From an uncultured bacterium (GTDB lineage Bacteria; Chloroflexota; UBA5177; JANWHV01), in the NCBI GenBank assembly GCA_963827235.1, contig CAWHAE010000009.1, positions 1,024,001-1,088,000 of the forward strand: a stretch of DNA of 64,000 bases. Reading direction: 5' to 3'. The position numbers and the translations under genes are program-made. The notes under the pieces are model-generated. The model saw only the letters and a program-made list of their open reading frames with translations. It did no database searches and was not told the origin of the DNA. Positions 47,708 through 56,894 of the stretch are shown one piece after another (within the stretch, counting starts at the first letter, position 1; every line of letters begins with the position of its first letter).

Positions 47708-48890
47708 GGTGCACCTCCTCGACGAGTTCGTCGGCCAACTCGATCAGTCGCCGCTTGTCCTGCTCAGGCCGATCCTCCAACTTCCGCTCCAGAAACGCTC
47801 GCACGGTAGTGCCGACGTCGCGCGGATTGCCGACGACGACGCCTGTCCCGCCCCCTTCTGCGAAGGCGCGAACTTCCTGGCGATAGCAGCGTGGAAAGAT
47901 CGCGTGCATGCTGCGCACCAAAGCCAGGGGGTTGTCCAAACCGGGCCGATACGAAATCTTGAGATGCACGAGCGCTTCGTTGTGGTCGCGGTAGCGCTCG
48001 ATCAACGCTTCCATGTTCGTTTCTGCGTCCGCCGAAACGGTGTAGATCGCCGTGGCCTGCAGAGGCAGCAAGACCGGCGCGCTCAACTCACCGGTCCTGG
48101 CTATCTCGACAAACGTGCACGACTTCTCGTCGTCGGCCTCGCCGACGTCGCATCGCTCGATGCTGCCGGCATAGCGCATTTCAGAACGATCGCCGACAGC
48201 CTGAGCCATGTGAATGTGCCCGAGCGCGACGTACGACCACGGCGGGATGTCCGCCGGTTCTATGGGAATGTCCTCGGCCTCGCTGAGACGGTTATGCGAC
48301 GACGTCTCGGCCGTGCGCACGTAGACGTGCGACACGAGCACCGAGGGCATCGAGCGGACGATCGCACGCTGCGCCGCGGCAATCCGGGCGGCGAACGCGC
48401 GGCCCAAGACCTGATTCCGCTCTGCCTTTGAGAGGCCGCGCGTGCTCTCGCCGGTCGGCATATAGCGATGCACGGCAGGATATGGGGCGCACACGAACTG
48501 CACTCCGAATCCGCCGGAAACATCCTGCAACACGATCGTCTGGGGCTGCGTGATGAAGCGCACCCGCTGCCGCGCCCGGTCGTCGGACATGCCCTGAAGC
48601 GTATCAACGAGGCGAAACAGATGTTCCCGATCGTGGTTGCCCGGGATGAAGAGAACCTGCATCCCCCGCTTCAACTGGGAGTCGAGCCGGCGGGCGACCT
48701 CACGAACCAGCTCCGCGAGGTCCTCCACGCCGCACTGCTCGATCACGTCGCCAGCCACGACCATGACGTCGACCCGATAATCCTCACAGTACTGCACGAC
48801 GCGTTCGAGAGAGCGAAGCTGATCGTCGCGGCGATCGATGGAGCCGAGCTTATCGCCCAAGTGCCAGTCCGCAGTGTGCAGCACTCTCAT
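47688..48890 (-). CDS. sbcD: SbcD/Mre11-family nuclease
   Basis: HTADWHLG, AGD, PGNHD, YVALGHIH and YAGS. Confidence 0.92.
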   Translation of the reverse strand: MRVLHTADWHLGDKLGSIDRRDDQLRSLERVVQYCEDYRVDVMVVAGDVIEQCGVEDLAELVREVARRLDSQLKRGMQVLFIPGNHDREHLFRLVDTLQGMSDDRARQRVRFITQPQTIVLQDVSGGFGVQFVCAPYPAVHRYMPTGESTRGLSKAERNQVLGRAFAARIAAAQRAIVRSMPSVLVSHVYVRTAETSSHNRLSEAEDIPIEPADIPPWSYVALGHIHMAQAVGDRSEMRYAGSIERCDVGEADDEKSCTFVEIARTGELSAPVLLPLQATAIYTVSADAETNMEALIERYRDHNEALVHLKISYRPGLDNPLALVRSMHAIFPRCYRQEVRAFAEGGGTGVVVGNPRDVGTTVRAFLERKLEDRPEQDKRRLIELADELVEEVHRVAAAH

Positions 48891-50659
48891 CGTTCGAATT
48901 CCTCCCGCCGATCGAAATCTCCGGCGTCAGCGGCAAGATCGGCTTCGGCTCTCCGCATCGCCCAGTACGGAAACGGCACGCGAACCTGCATGGGCTCGCG
49001 AAGGTTAACCTGGCACACCAGCTTCTCGTCCGCTTGCAGGTTCTGCGCACGCCGTTTGGCCGCCGCGCTCAGAAACCCCCACAGCGGCTGGCTCAACTCG
49101 AGCGAGCCCGTGCGGCCCAAAGCGCGAATGGACGAGTTTTCAATCACGCGCGGCGATACCTGGCTTGCCTGCTGCTGCGCGCCAAACAGCACGATGCCCT
49201 GGCTGCGCATTTCGGCCACGACCTTCTCGATCAGGCGCGTGATGGGATCGGAAGCGCCTTTCGGTGCCCATCTGTTCAACTCGTCGATGACGAGCACGTA
49301 GGCCAGGTTTGGAACGGCGTTGGTTCCCGTCCGAGCGATCATCACCTGCGAGAAAATGGCCGCCACGATGAACCGCTGAATAGCCTGGTCGCGCACGGAC
49401 GAGATGTCGACCACGATCGGGGCGGTGGTCTGGGCTGCCGTCACTCTCAACGGCCGGCCTTCGTTGCCGAAGCGCGAGAGGACGCCGTCGCCTTCCTGCA
49501 CGACGCGGCGAAGCCGGCGGTAGAACTTCCGCCAGGTGCCCGGAGCGTGATTGCGAACGAGGCGGTTGCCGTCCGGCAGCGCTATCTGTCCGGCGATCCA
49601 CTCAAGGAGTTCCTGAAAGTTGGCAGCCACATCGCGCCTGAGCGAGCGGCGGGACTCGTTGCCGACGAACTCCTCGTTGGTAATCGTGGCTTCGATGTCC
49701 ATGAGAATGCCGAGGAAGTTTTCGTCTTCCCGGTCTTCGTCGCCGAACAGGTATGGAAACAAACCCAACTCGATGACGTCGCCGAGGCTCCAGCTGTACC
49801 GCTCCGCGGGTCGGCCAATGGGGACCGCGACACCGGCGCGGCGCTGTTCGGGCGCTAAGAATCGCGCATCGGCAAACGCGGACGGGCTGCTGGCACCGAG
49901 TTCTCGCCAGACCGCGGCATCCCTCTCCGGTCGATAGCGCGTGTTCAAGTAGTCCAGCCACATCAGGTCGTAGCCTTTGACGTTGAGCACGATTGGCACC
50001 ACGCGCAGCGTATCTTGCGCGGATGGGTTTTCCCGGGCATAGGCGCGGGATTGTTCGAGCAGCTGAAAGAGCACCGACATGAGGAAGCTCGACTTGGTGG
50101 CCGCGCCGGCTACGCCGTTGACGTTGAGGTGCGCGCCGTTCGCGCCGAGCAGGTAGTCGAGGTCGATGTAGGCCGGGCCCGCGTTCGCGCTGCCGCCGTT
50201 CTCGAGCAACCCGATGGCGAGAGACTGCCCCATCTGCTCGACCCCGTACGCCAGGCGCGCTTCCCGCGGGCCGGACAGCCACACGAAGCTCTCTTCGCGG
50301 GGCGGAGACAGCACCGGCGGCTCGGCCCGAAGGATCTTGGCCTTGGCGTAGGTGACGCCTTGGCTGTCGAGCGACACGCGGGCGTTCGGGTCGCTTCCAA
50401 AGCGGTCTGCCTCTTCGAGAATGGTCCGCCGGCGGCTGCGCCGGTAGACCTCGTCGACGACGGCGTGGAACGTAGTCAGCCGGTCGTCGTACGTGCTCTG
50501 CGCGTAGACGATCTGCGTCTTCTCGACCAGCACGTCGTCGGCAACCCAGAAAGTGAATTCCTCGCTCGTCGCCTCGTCGCCTTCGGGCGAGGCAACCTTG
50601 CCGAGCAGGCGGACGGAACCCGGCTGCGGAACAGATGGCGGCGTCGACTCTTCGTCCAC
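48887..50659 (-). CDS. herA: HerA-family ATPase/helicase
   Basis: N-terminal HAS-barrel-like region; HLNVNGVAGAATKSS variant P-loop; VIDELNRWAP; RSQGIVLFGAQQ. Confidence 0.8.
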   Translation of the reverse strand: MDEESTPPSVPQPGSVRLLGKVASPEGDEATSEEFTFWVADDVLVEKTQIVYAQSTYDDRLTTFHAVVDEVYRRSRRRTILEEADRFGSDPNARVSLDSQGVTYAKAKILRAEPPVLSPPREESFVWLSGPREARLAYGVEQMGQSLAIGLLENGGSANAGPAYIDLDYLLGANGAHLNVNGVAGAATKSSFLMSVLFQLLEQSRAYARENPSAQDTLRVVPIVLNVKGYDLMWLDYLNTRYRPERDAAVWRELGASSPSAFADARFLAPEQRRAGVAVPIGRPAERYSWSLGDVIELGLFPYLFGDEDREDENFLGILMDIEATITNEEFVGNESRRSLRRDVAANFQELLEWIAGQIALPDGNRLVRNHAPGTWRKFYRRLRRVVQEGDGVLSRFGNEGRPLRVTAAQTTAPIVVDISSVRDQAIQRFIVAAIFSQVMIARTGTNAVPNLAYVLVIDELNRWAPKGASDPITRLIEKVVAEMRSQGIVLFGAQQQASQVSPRVIENSSIRALGRTGSLELSQPLWGFLSAAAKRRAQNLQADEKLVCQVNLREPMQVRVPFPYWAMRRAEADLAADAGDFDRREEFER

Positions 50660-50672
50660 TATTCTTTCTCCT

Positions 50673-51740
50673 CTACACGAGTTCGGCTGCTATCGCGAAA
50701 CGGCCAATCGCGGCATCGAGGCTGGGACGGAGAGCGCGGAGGTGGTCCTCAACGCGCACGATCGGCTCGAGCGAGACCGGCATGCGTTGATACGAGCGGT
50801 CGCGGCAGCGCACGTCGTAGAGCCAGCCCGAGATCCGGTCGATCGCAGAGAAATCCTTGCCCAGCGAGTTTTCGAAGTACGCCTTGCTCACCGCGACGCG
50901 CACCACCCCCCAGCTGGGGGCGATGCCGGACTCGCCGTGCAGCCTGAGAAACCAACTGACGACGGGCTCGAACTCGTAGGGTTGCGGGCGCGTCTGGAGC
51001 ACGATGGCCGGGGTGCGCTCCCCCGAGCGAAGGGCATACACGAGGTTGATGCCGGCCTGGTGCAGGTGGTTGCGAATGCGCAGCAACCGCTTGACGACGG
51101 CCACGACGGGCACGTTCCAATCGCTCAGACCCTGCAAGCGATCCTCGAGAAGACCGTCCACGACCGTAGGCGTCTCCAAAGCGCTGAGCACGAGGCTCTG
51201 CTCCGCTTTGAGCATCTCGTCGCGCGCGCCGTCGTACGTGTGGGTGCGCGCCAACTCGAAGTCGGACGACATGGTACGTGCCTCCAGTTCGAGAAGGCGG
51301 ATGCCAAGCTCGCCGAGGCTATCGCGGATCTGATCGAGGTCGCTGCGCTTGACGCCTTTGCTGATTAAGGCCAGACACGTCTCCAAACGCACGTCCTGTT
51401 CGCGCCGGACAAAGGAAGACCCGACGAGTTCCAGCGCGGCAGCGCCGATGGCGGCCATGAGAAGAGGACGCTGCCTGCCCTGGCCATCCTCGAGCGCCCC
51501 AATGGTCCTCGCCACGATGCTGCCGTCCACAAAGCGACGCGGCGCTAGGGCATCCGGCGGCTGAGAGGGAATCGCGCGCCACCGATCGAGCGGAAGCTCG
51601 TAGTCGCGTTCGACTTCGCCCTCTTCGGGCGAGGCGTCGGTTTCCTCCATCTCATCGCCTGGAAACACGGGAAGAGTCGGGTAGTCGTCGAGGCGACGCG
51701 CTTTATAGCGTGCAAGCACGGCCGCGACTGCATTGGTCAC
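50673..51740 (-). CDS. nurA: NurA-like nuclease
   Basis: RFVDGS, VVDGLL, AVVKR, GERTP, SWFLRL, GVVRV and R..VSLEPI..VE; AAGGAGG RBS; first gene before herA. Confidence 0.7.
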   Translation of the reverse strand: MTNAVAAVLARYKARRLDDYPTLPVFPGDEMEETDASPEEGEVERDYELPLDRWRAIPSQPPDALAPRRFVDGSIVARTIGALEDGQGRQRPLLMAAIGAAALELVGSSFVRREQDVRLETCLALISKGVKRSDLDQIRDSLGELGIRLLELEARTMSSDFELARTHTYDGARDEMLKAEQSLVLSALETPTVVDGLLEDRLQGLSDWNVPVVAVVKRLLRIRNHLHQAGINLVYALRSGERTPAIVLQTRPQPYEFEPVVSWFLRLHGESGIAPSWGVVRVAVSKAYFENSLGKDFSAIDRISGWLYDVRCRDRSYQRMPVSLEPIVRVEDHLRALRPSLDAAIGRFAIAAELV

Positions 51741-51856
51741 TATTGCCCCTCCTTGTGGAAATACCGTTCCCACTGTACACTTCCAGTGAGTCCATGTCCA
51801 GTGCATTAGGTCTTTATAGGGAACTCGTTCGGTATAAAGAACACGCTGGAGCGAGA

Positions 51857-52243
51857 ATGTTCGGGATCGGGGCGCGAATTCGAGAACGGCGAATGGCTCA
51901 AGGGCTCAACCAAAGCCAACTAGCCCGAAAGGCAGGCATCGCAAAGAGCTACCTCAGCAGGCTGGAAACGACCGAGGGCATATCGCCTTCGGTGGCGCTG
52001 GTGCAGCAGATCGCAACGGCCCTGAACGCGAGCTTGGCGGATCTGCTCGGAACAGCCGAGGTGCGACCGGCGAAAGCAGGCTCGATCCCGCCTGCCCTCG
52101 CCCGAGCGAGGGTTCGCTATCGGTTCGCCGACGACGAAGTTGCGCTGCTGCAAGCGATCAGCTACCGAGGCAAGCGACCGGCAACGGAGGACGACTACTT
52201 CTTTCTGCTTCTCGCCATCAAGCACGCTGTAGGCACACCGTGA
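51857..52243 (+). CDS. XRE-family HTH regulator
   Basis: IGARIRERR...LNQSQLARKAGIAKSYLSRLE; divergent from the nurA operon. Confidence 0.9.
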   Translation: MFGIGARIRERRMAQGLNQSQLARKAGIAKSYLSRLETTEGISPSVALVQQIATALNASLADLLGTAEVRPAKAGSIPPALARARVRYRFADDEVALLQAISYRGKRPATEDDYFFLLLAIKHAVGTP

Positions 52244-52582
52244 TCGCCTAGCACGACTTCTGAATGGTTCGACCGCGCAACACCGGCAACAGGGAGAACC
52301 CGTGCTCAGCGCAATCCACGGGCTCACTGATAATCCTTGGGGACCATAGCAGGGCCGTAGTTCCCGATGAGCCCGAGAGCGCACACGCCAGAAGCAACAA
52401 GCGTGAAAAACGCCCAAGCGAGACAAAGGAGAGACCGAGAGATCCACCGATAGAATTGGCCAGTAGGGCCCTTCTCGAACCTACATTGGCTCGCTATACT
52501 CCCACACGGAACGTCATGCCTACGAACCGGCAAATACGCCACACAACCTACAGAATCAGGCGTAAGCCAGTAGGAGGGACAC

Positions 52583-54472
52583 GTGCGACTCTGCAAACTG
52601 ATCGTCGAAAACCTCCGTTGCTATCGGCACCGAAGCGAGATAACGATCGGCGACCTCACAGCGCTTATCGGGAAGAACGACGTCGGAAAGAGCACTATTC
52701 TCGAAGCGTTGGAACTGTTCTTCAACGGCGAACTGGTCAAGATAGATCAGCAGGATCCACACGTTCACAACCGCGACAAGCCCGTTCGCATCTCGTGCGT
52801 TTTCAGCAACTTTCCCTCTGAGATCGTTCTCGATACCAAAGCCCGCACGTCTCTGGCTGCCGAGCATCTGCTCAACGAGGACGGCCTGCTGGAAGTCGTG
52901 AAAACGTACGACTGTCGCGGGAAAACTATAAAACCAACGGTGGCAGTTTGGGCGTACCATCCGACCTGCAGCGCGGCCGCAGATCTCCTTCAGTTGAAGC
53001 ATGCAGATCTGCTAAAGCGCGCTCGTGACCTGAATGTAGACCTCGACAAGGCAGACCAACGATCCAATGTCGACGTGCGGACAGCGATCCGCGATCACCT
53101 GGATGACAGCCTAGGGTTGAAAGCCACTAGTGTGCCACTCGCATCAGAGGACGGCGCGAAAGTCTGGGACCAGTTGCAGCGAGCGCTGCCCACGTTTGCA
53201 CTGTTCCAATCAGACCGTCCCAGCAAGGACGACGATCCAGAAGTGCAAGATCCGATGAGATTGGCGATCGCTGAGGCAGTCGAATCGGTGCAGAGCGAAC
53301 TCGATGCGATTCGAGAAAAAGTGCGCGAGTGCGCGGTAGGAGTAGCTCGAAGAACGCTCGAGAAGCTGCGAGACCTAGACCCTACGCTTGCCCAGCAACT
53401 GAATCCCGTTTTCAAGGCACAACCGCGCTGGGACGGCTTCAAGCTAGCGCTAAACGGCGACGAAGACATCCCAATAAACAAGCGAGGAAGCGGCGTCCGG
53501 CGGCTCATCCTGCTCAGTTTCTTCCGCGCCCAGGCAGAGCAACGACAACTGAAGAACGACAACCCCAGCATAATCTATGCGATCGAGGAGCCAGAAAGCT
53601 CTCAACATCCGGCAAACCAGCAGCTACTCGTCCGAGCACTCATCGACCTCAGCGAAGGGAACCAGACTCAGGTTCTCCTCACCACGCACGTACCCGGTAT
53701 CGCCGCCATGCTGCCAACGGAAAGCATCCGGTTCGTGCACCGCAACGCCGACGGCCACCCGATTGTAGAAACGGGAAGCGACGAAACCATGAGGCGCGTT
53801 GCGGACGATCTTGGCGTATTGCCAGATAGTCGGGTGCGGGTCCTACTGTACGTGGAAGGGCCCAACGACATTGCCTTCCTGGGCCACATGGCAAGACTGC
53901 TGCGATCGTCCGATCCCAACGTCATCGACATCGATGCAGATCCACGGGTGGCGTTCGTTCCGACAGGCGGCAGCACGCTCGGGCATTGGGTAACCGGCCA
54001 CTATCTGGCCGAGTTGAAGCTCAAGGAGGTTCACATCTTCGATCGAGACGAGGCAACACCGCCCAAGTATCAGAAAGACGTAGACCGAATCAACCAAAGG
54101 GGCGACGGCTCGTGGGCGGGGCTAACGAGCAAGCGCGAAATGGAGAACTACTTGCACCCCGAGGCCATCGCTGCCGTACTCGGCGTCCACATCTCCTTTT
54201 CCGACACGAGCGATGTCCCAGCACTCGTGGCCGAAGCGGTACACGCTGCCAGCGGTTCGGCAGTGACACCGTGGGCGGATCTCGACGACGACAAGAAGAG
54301 CGAGAAGATAGGAAGAGCCAAGAAGCGCCTCAACCGCGACGTTGCACAGGCGATGACCCTAAAGCAACTCGCTGAAATCGACAAGAGCGGCGAGATACGA
54401 GGGTGGTTGACGCACGTGGCATCGGCGCTCGAAATCCAAAATACAGTGTCGGGCACCGTGCCAAAGTCATAA
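52583..54472 (+). CDS. OLD-family ATP-dependent nuclease (ABC ATPase plus TOPRIM)
   Basis: GKNDVGKST, RGSG signature, AIEEPE and TTH; TOPRIM VEGPND, DRD and REMENY; AGGAGG RBS. Confidence 0.85.
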   Translation: MRLCKLIVENLRCYRHRSEITIGDLTALIGKNDVGKSTILEALELFFNGELVKIDQQDPHVHNRDKPVRISCVFSNFPSEIVLDTKARTSLAAEHLLNEDGLLEVVKTYDCRGKTIKPTVAVWAYHPTCSAAADLLQLKHADLLKRARDLNVDLDKADQRSNVDVRTAIRDHLDDSLGLKATSVPLASEDGAKVWDQLQRALPTFALFQSDRPSKDDDPEVQDPMRLAIAEAVESVQSELDAIREKVRECAVGVARRTLEKLRDLDPTLAQQLNPVFKAQPRWDGFKLALNGDEDIPINKRGSGVRRLILLSFFRAQAEQRQLKNDNPSIIYAIEEPESSQHPANQQLLVRALIDLSEGNQTQVLLTTHVPGIAAMLPTESIRFVHRNADGHPIVETGSDETMRRVADDLGVLPDSRVRVLLYVEGPNDIAFLGHMARLLRSSDPNVIDIDADPRVAFVPTGGSTLGHWVTGHYLAELKLKEVHIFDRDEATPPKYQKDVDRINQRGDGSWAGLTSKREMENYLHPEAIAAVLGVHISFSDTSDVPALVAEAVHAASGSAVTPWADLDDDKKSEKIGRAKKRLNRDVAQAMTLKQLAEIDKSGEIRGWLTHVASALEIQNTVSGTVPKS

Positions 54473-54884
54473 GAGCACCGGAAGAGACACGTGCAGCCAC
54501 ACCAACGCCTCGTGGCCTCCGAGGCGAGGGACGGAACGGACGAAACGGATGCGAACCAATACTAGGGAAACGCACATAGTTTGAGCGATGAGCAGCAACG
54601 TTGAAAGAGCGGGAAGATGCGAAGAACATGGAGAGGGGTGGAGACGGCGATCGTGAGCCTAGCCCGCCTAAACGATGTCGAACGTCAAGGAAACCCTGTG
54701 GACATCAATCTTGACATCTTTCCTACCATTTATGCCTACTAGTCGACCCACCGCGACCGAACGAAGAAGTAGAATGGGGTTAGGGTGCGGTCCGTGCAAC
54801 GCCAATTGCGTACAATCGGTGGCGGCACGTCCAGACCACTCAAGCAAAAACGTCCCGACCGAGTCCGAATTGAGAAACGTTCAA

Positions 54885-56191
54885 TGAGCCAGATACGTCG
54901 TCAACCGCCACTAGACGCGCCGAGTTCGCCCCCACGGGGAATCGCCGCTCGGCAAGACGCGATGGGCTCGGGAAAAGGTATGGCCCCAGCCGTTAAATCC
55001 GCGATAGATGCAGACGACCCCATGCTGTCGACCGAGACTCGTTCGAACGGCGATGGCAGATCCCTTCAGTGGGTCGGCCGGCTAGGGAAAGCGCGGTGGG
55101 CGGATGGCAAGGGACCTAAAGTCATCGACCTTTGCGCCGGCTGCGGCGGTTTGACTCTAGGATTTCGTTCCGTGGGCTTTCAGGTCGTTGCCGCCGCGGA
55201 AATAGACTCAGTGGCTGCAATGGCACACCGAAAGAACTTCCCCAACGTGACGCTCTTCGGGCCCGGTAGCGAATCAACGGGTGAGGGCGACATCACAAAG
55301 CTCACAGGCGGACAACTGCTCGCTGCCACCGGGCTCGAACCCGGCCAATTGGACGTCCTAATCGGCGGCATTCCCTGCCAAGGCTTCTCCGAAATCGGGC
55401 GGCGACGCTGCGAAGACCCTCGCAACGTCCTGTACCAGCACTTCGTGCGGTTGGTCGGAGATCTCCGACCCAAGGCGTTCTTGATCGAGAACGTTCCAGC
55501 GATGACATGGATGCATGGCGGGAAACAGTTCGACGACCTGATCTCGTCTCTCGAGCGACTAGGGTACTCCGCAACGCAATCGCTCGTGAACGCTGCAACG
55601 TATGGCGTCCCGCAGATGCGAACGCGCCTACTCGTGGCAGGCACACTGACTGGACAGAAAATAACGTTCCCCCAGGGTCCGCGTGCGGTAGAACAGTACG
55701 TGACGGTAGACGACGCTATCGGCGATCTTCCGGATGACCTATCCCACCTCCCCTTCCGGGCCGCGCCAGCTCAGCCCTATCGAGCGTCCGCCACGTCCAC
55801 ATACGCGCGGTTGCTTCGCGGCGATGGGACTCTGGTAAATCGACTCACCCCTACCGAACATACGCCCGAGTTGCAAGCACGCTTAAGCGCGCTTCTGCCG
55901 GGAGGGATCGACCCACCGACCCGGCATCGCCGCCTCGATGCCTGCGGCCAAGCATGGACCATACGCGCAGGGGCACGCGCGCGAACGGCGTGCCGACCAA
56001 TCCATCCGACGCAACCACGCGTGATCAACGTGCGCGAGGCCGCCAGACTCCACTCAGTGCCAGACGAATTCTGGTTGCCGGAGGTGAAGTCCGGGGCACA
56101 CATGGTGATCGGGAACAGCGTAGCGCCGCTGATGGCCCATCATCTGGCAGACCTGCTGGCGCAACAAGCGTTCGCAGACGAGATGCCATGA
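54885..56191 (+). CDS. dcm: C5 DNA cytosine methyltransferase
   Basis: DLCAGCGG, GDI, GGIPCQGFS, DPRN, IENV, PQMRTR, REAARLHSVPD and IGNSV; start uncertain. Confidence 0.9.
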
Positions 56192-56892
56192 GCGCTCCCA
56201 ACCACACCGAACCCACCATCGCTCGCGAACCGCACATCAGGGCGGTCGACGAACGATTGCGCGCAGCCTACGGAGTTTCCCGACTCGGGAACAAAGACGA
56301 TCCACTCGACGAGCTGTTCTTCATCATCTTGTCAGGTGCTACGACAGAAGCAACGTATTCCAAGACCTTCGACGCGCTGCGCGAACGCTTCCCCACCTGG
56401 AATGACGTGGCAAACGCGCGACAAGAAGAGATAGAAGTCGTGCTGCAACCGGCAGGTCTCTCGAAGAAGAAGGCAAGCGCTATCAAAGCAGTGTTGGCTG
56501 CGTTGGCAGCCAACAACGGCAGTCTCGACCTCAGCTTCCTCAACAACCAGACCGACGAAGACGCCTACGATTTCCTTCGAACGCTGCCCGGCGTAGGACC
56601 GAAGACGGCGCGCTGCGTGCTCGCGTACAGCACCCTCAACCGCGAGGCCTTTCCCGTCGACGCCCACGTCTCACGCGTGGTGCAACGACTGGGCTGGAGC
56701 GCGCACGACCGACTGACCGATCGAGTGCACGACGCTGTCCAAGCGACCATACCACCCGACGTGCGGCAGAGCCTGCACGTGAACCTCGTAATTCACGGGC
56801 GTACGACCTGCAAGCAGCGCCGACCTCGCTGCAGAACGTGCGTGCTGCGAGACCTCTGCCCGTCCGCAGTCGTGCCAGAGAAAGCCAGCTGA
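56188..56892 (+). CDS. HhH-GPD / endonuclease III-family DNA glycosylase with a 4Fe-4S motif
   Basis: ATGA overlap with dcm; LPGVGPKTA HhH, FPVDAHV and CxxxxxxCxxCxxxxxC. Confidence 0.9.
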   Translation: MSAPNHTEPTIAREPHIRAVDERLRAAYGVSRLGNKDDPLDELFFIILSGATTEATYSKTFDALRERFPTWNDVANARQEEIEVVLQPAGLSKKKASAIKAVLAALAANNGSLDLSFLNNQTDEDAYDFLRTLPGVGPKTARCVLAYSTLNREAFPVDAHVSRVVQRLGWSAHDRLTDRVHDAVQATIPPDVRQSLHVNLVIHGRTTCKQRRPRCRTCVLRDLCPSAVVPEKAS

Positions 56893-56894
56893 TC

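Noticed and set aside
51821-51830. Third LexA box (gaactcgttc) before the XRE gene
   Set aside because: The spacer is 2 nt rather than 4
52583-54472. Gabija or retron system
   Set aside because: No UvrD-like helicase or reverse transcriptase is adjacent
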